64,000 nucleotides of DNA from Peribolospora baueri (taxonomy: Eukaryota): the NCBI GenBank assembly GCA_029717555.1, contig JAMDHS010000028.1, forward strand, positions 1 through 64,000, in the 5' to 3' direction. Made by a program: the position numbers and the translations under genes. Positions 60,141 to 64,000 of the stretch are shown piece after piece. The notes beneath the pieces were generated by a model that ran no database searches, was not told the origin of the DNA, and saw only the letters and a program-made list of their open reading frames with translations. The first letter of the stretch is position 1, and each line of letters begins with the position of its first letter.

Positions 60141-62402
60141 ATGGTTCTTCCCAAGGAGGTCGACATCATCGTTTGCGGCGGAGGCTCCGCCGGCTGCGTC
60201 GTGGCTGGACGCCTAGCCAACCTCGACCACAATCTCCAAGTCTTGCTCATCGAGGCCGGCGAGAACAACCTCAACAACCCTTGGGTTTATCGCCCGGGCA
60301 TCTACCCCCGCAACATGAAGCTCGATTCAAAGACGGCTACCTTCTACAGGACCAGGCCGTCCAATTTCCTCGCCGGTCGAGAGATGATCGTTCCGCAGGC
60401 CCACATCCTGGGCGGAGGTGAATGAATTGCACTGTGCTCGAGCATACCTTTGACCTTGCGCGTAACCCGATGCTCATGCTCCGGCTGTCTCTGAAACGTG
60501 TCCCCAAAAGGCTCCAGCATCAATTTCATGATGTACACCAGGGCTTCAGCGTCGGACTACGACGACTGGCAAACTAAAGGTTGGAGCACCAAGGAGTTGC
60601 TCCCTCTCATGAGGAAGCACGAGACCTACCAGCGGCCTTGCAACAACCGCGATGTGAGTGAAGACGTTGGTGTGTGAGGACGGTGTGATGCAAGGACTCA
60701 CCTGTTGAACACCCTTACGCGTAGATCCACGGCTTTGACGGCCCGATCAAGGTCTCCTTCGGCAACTACACGTTCCCGATCAAAGACGATTTCCTGAGAG
60801 CGGTGGAGTCGCAGGGGATTCCGTTCGTCGACGACCTCCAGGACCTGACCACGGCCCACGGCGCCGAGCATTGGCTCAAGTGGATCAACAAAGACCTGGG
60901 CAAGCGCAGCGATTCGGCGCACGCCTATATCCACTCGACAATGAGGCACCACCAGAACCTGCACCTTCTTTGCAACACCAAGGTCTCTCGCGTCATCTTC
61001 GACGGCGACACGGCCGTCGGCGTCGAGACTGTGCCGACAAAGCCGCTCGTGCCAGAGCAGTTGAAGCCGACCGTCTACAGTGCGCGTCGACAGATCATCC
61101 TCAGCAGCGGTACCGTCTCGACGCCGCTGATTCTCGAGCGGTCCGGCGTCGGCGACCCGGCGATTCTCAGAAAGGCGGGTGTGCAGGTCAAGGTGGAGCT
61201 ACCCGGAGTGGGGAAGAACTTCCAGGACCACTACCTCACCTTTACGCCGTACCGGGCCAAGCCTGAGGTGGACACGACGGACGACTTTTGTCGCGGTGAC
61301 CCAGCGGTGCAGGCGAAAGTGTACGAGCAGTGGGAGCGCACGCGCGGCGGACCGCTGTCGACGAACGCCATCGAGGCCGGCGTCAAGATCCGGCCGACGG
61401 CGGAGGAGATCAAGTCGATGGGACCCGAGTTTGAGAAGGGTTACAACGAGTATTTTGCTAACAAGCCCGACAAGCCGGTCATGCACTACTCGATCATCGC
61501 TGGCTGGTTCGGCGACCACACGCTGATGCCGCCGGGCAAGTTCTTCACCATGTTCCACTTCTTGGGTGGGTCCCGTTGAATTTCTCCTCTCTGCGAGTCG
61601 ATGAAGAAGTAAATGGGTGGTGACCTGGTTTCATGTGGTCAATCGGATCATTCCAGAATACCCCTTCTCGAGGGGCGAGGTGCACATCCGGTCCGCGAAT
61701 CCGTACGCGGCGCCGGACTTTGACAACGGCTTCCTCAACCACAAGGCTGATGTGGGCCCGATGATGTGGGCTTACAAAAAGTCGAGGGAGACGGCGCGTC
61801 GGATGGAGTCGTTTGCGGGCGAGGTGACGTCGATGCACCCTCAGTTCCGGATGTGGTCGGACGCGGCGTGCAAGGACGTGGACCTGAAGACGGCCAACCG
61901 GATCCTGCCGGAGGGCAATCTGACGGCCGGACTGCAGCACGGATCGTGGAAGCGCGACCTGGAGCCGGAGAGCGCGCCGGACGTGAGCGTGGTGACGTCG
62001 AGCCGGGCGGCGATCCGGGAGGGGATCAAGTACGACTCGGAGGACGACAAGGCGATCGAGCAGTGGGTGGAGCAGCACATCGAGACGACGTGGCACTGCC
62101 TGGGGACGTGCTCGATGGCGCCCAAGGAGGGGAGCAAGGTGACCAAGTACGGCGGCGTGCTCGACCCGCGTCTCAACGTGCACGGGACACGGCGGCTCAA
62201 GGTGGCCGACCTATCGGTGTGCCCGGACAACGTAGGTTGCAACACGTACTCGACCGCTCTGCTCATCGGCGAGAAGGCGGCGGTGCTGATCGCCGAGGAC
62301 CTGGGCTACTCGGGCGAGGCGCTGAGGATGGACGTGCCGCCGCTCGAGACGCACGAGTGGCCCAACTTGAACGCGGGCCCGGCGCCTTACACGAGGGGGT
62401 GA
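60141..62402 (+). CDS. Alcohol (methanol) oxidase, GMC oxidoreductase AA3_3, 4 coding exons
   Basis: FAD-binding DIIVCGGGSAGCVVAGRLA, then ILGGG|SSINFMMYTR, LPGVGKNFQDH, FLE|YPFSRG, ETTWHCLGTCSMAP (catalytic His) and VADLSVCPDNVGCNT (catalytic Asn). Confidence 0.95.
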
Positions 62403-62674
62403 AGTGGGCGACGACGGCACGGCACGGCGGAGCAGCGGGGGACATCCTGACTGACTTGACTGACAGACGGACGACTCGGCTCGATCAGCTGGGATGCGAC
62501 TCGACTCGACTCGATTCTTCCAAGCTTGGTGCGCTTCTCTTTTCTTCCGCGTATGTCGTGGGCCAAAAAGGTACCACGAGCCTCTGCTCTCCTTTCTCGC
62601 TGGGGTTTCGAAAAAACACAAAAAAGCGCAAAAACAGCGACGACGGAGGGCGCCGGAGACGGCACCCGGAGTCT

Positions 62675-62754
62675 CCTTCCTTCCTTCCTTCCTTCCTTCC
62701 TTCGGCTTATCGACGACGGGCCTGTGTGTGTGAATGAATGAATGAATGAATGAA
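62675..62754 (+). repeat. (CCTT)n and (TGAA)n microsatellites downstream of the alcohol oxidase
   Basis: ccttccttccttcc... at about 62675-62702 and tgaatgaatgaa... at about 62731-62754. Confidence 0.85.
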
Positions 62755-63468
62755 TTTGTCATCTCGTCGATCACCAGTGCCGGCTGGCGGCCCGACGCTG
62801 TCTCATTTTTCTTTCTTTTTTTCTCTTCTCTCGTCACGTCTTGGCTCCCGGCGATCAGGTGCACGACGAAGGAAGCTGATTGCTTGGGCAGGCGCAAAAT
62901 GAGACCTGAATGCGAAGTACGGAAGAAATGTCCGTCGAGCGGAGGGGCGTCTAAAGGCAGCTGGTGGGGGGCTAGCCGGTGCTAAGCGGCGGTGAGTCGG
63001 GTAGCCCGGCGGATGGGGTGGCTGCTAATAAGTGCTAGTGGCGCCCGGTCGGTCGGCCGAGCGCTCGGGCCTCGGGTCGCGCCTCCGCTTGGCTTGTCAG
63101 GCTTTCGCTTGGCTGGCTTGGCTGGCCCGCGTCGGCCTTGCTTGCCCTTGGCCGTGCCTTCCTCGTAAAGTCGGCTCACCGGCGCCCCTTCTTGACGCCA
63201 ACCATCGTCCTCCGTGCCTCCATCTCGTTCGCCATTCACCTTCTTCCTCACCACATCCCTCATCCTTCCCTCCCATCTTCTCTCGCTTCCCACCTGCACT
63301 CTCCCACCTGCACTCACTACCTCCCACGCTCCTTTCCCCCCAGACCGCTCCGACCGGAGTCTCTCGCCCTCGCCCCTAGGCCTTCTTCGTCCCACTCCCC
63401 ATCCGACTCACTGTCGACAGCTCCTCAAGCACACTCCCTTCACTCACCAGCGCCCCCACACGCCCGCC

Positions 63469-64000
63469 ATGCGCATCACCTCCGCCGGACTCCTCGCCCT
63501 CCTCGGCGTCTCCGCCGCCTCCGCCTCCCTCTTCTCCCACCACGCCGACAACGACGTGGCCAAGAGGAGCCGTCACAACGAGCTCGCCAAGAGGGCCGAC
63601 AACCAGATCGCCAAGAGGGGCGCCTTTAACGGACAGGGTGAGTATGCCCGGGGCGAGGAATATTGCGGTTGGACGGGCAAGCGCGGGTGGACGGACGGAC
63701 GGGTCGGTGGACCAGCGGTGGAGAGTTAGCGAAGACGAGGCAGTGCATGGCCTGAGTTGGAAGCCGGCCGACGCTCGTTCCCTGATCGTGCATATCGTGT
63801 TGGCGTGGATACCAAAAAAAGAGAAGAAGGCTGACCTCCCCATTCCCCGGGTGCCCGCTTCTCGTCCTCGGCTCTGCCTCGACTCCCACAGCCACCTGTG
63901 AGTGTGACCCTCCGCGACGCTGTCTCGCACGCTCTTGTGCCTCTTCGTCCGTACAGATGTCGGCTCATCCTCTCCCCTCCGTTCTCCCTTCTCCTCTCCA
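63469..64000 (+). CDS. 5' part of a secreted pre-pro-protein, probably RlpA-DPBB/expansin-like (3'-partial)
   Basis: Signal peptide MRITSAGLLALLGVSAASA and a pro-region with three KR sites, then GAFNGQ|AT via a 6-nt micro-exon at 63892-63897. This resembles the F-x-G-x-A-T start of fungal expansin-like domains, but the diagnostic GACG motif is not in the window. Confidence 0.5.

Noticed and set aside
62400..62450. Stop-codon readthrough giving a cryptic PTS1 on the alcohol oxidase
   Set aside because: The context is TGA AGT, not TGA CTA, and the extension would end ...RGTS*, which is not a PTS1.

Overview
GC-rich, intron-dense eukaryotic DNA. The protein sequences and intron style suggest a basidiomycete fungus, possibly a Tremellomycete-like yeast (inference). 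There are 19 spliced or single-exon protein genes, so the ORF track only catches fragments. In order: a repeat-containing class I hydrophobin (5' end outside the window), YJU2/CWC16, ERG8, an ER cyclophilin B, a CNT nucleoside transporter, TAF6, a PET8-like SAM carrier, SPT23/MGA2, a GPI-like cell-surface protein, a caleosin, an Fe-S-type L-serine dehydratase, a secreted PLC-like phosphodiesterase, a secreted beta-propeller lactonase, a conserved unknown protein, a LaeA-like methyltransferase, a micro-exon-rich thaumatin-like protein, an HSP20-like protein, DNA2 and an alcohol (methanol) oxidase. The start of a probable expansin/RlpA-like secreted protein sits at the 3' edge. No rRNA, tRNA, CRISPR or recognisable transposon was seen. 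The main highlights are four. (1) A polyprotein of R|Q-delimited peptides fused to a hydrophobin. (2) An ascomycete-looking methanol oxidase with no PTS1, behind a 142-bp promoter duplication rich in CreA-type sites. (3) A cyclophilin with a probable alternative transmembrane C-terminal exon replacing HEEL. (4) A bacterial-type [4Fe-4S] serine dehydratase with a mitochondrial-like presequence. Gene coordinates span start to stop including introns and were read by eye.
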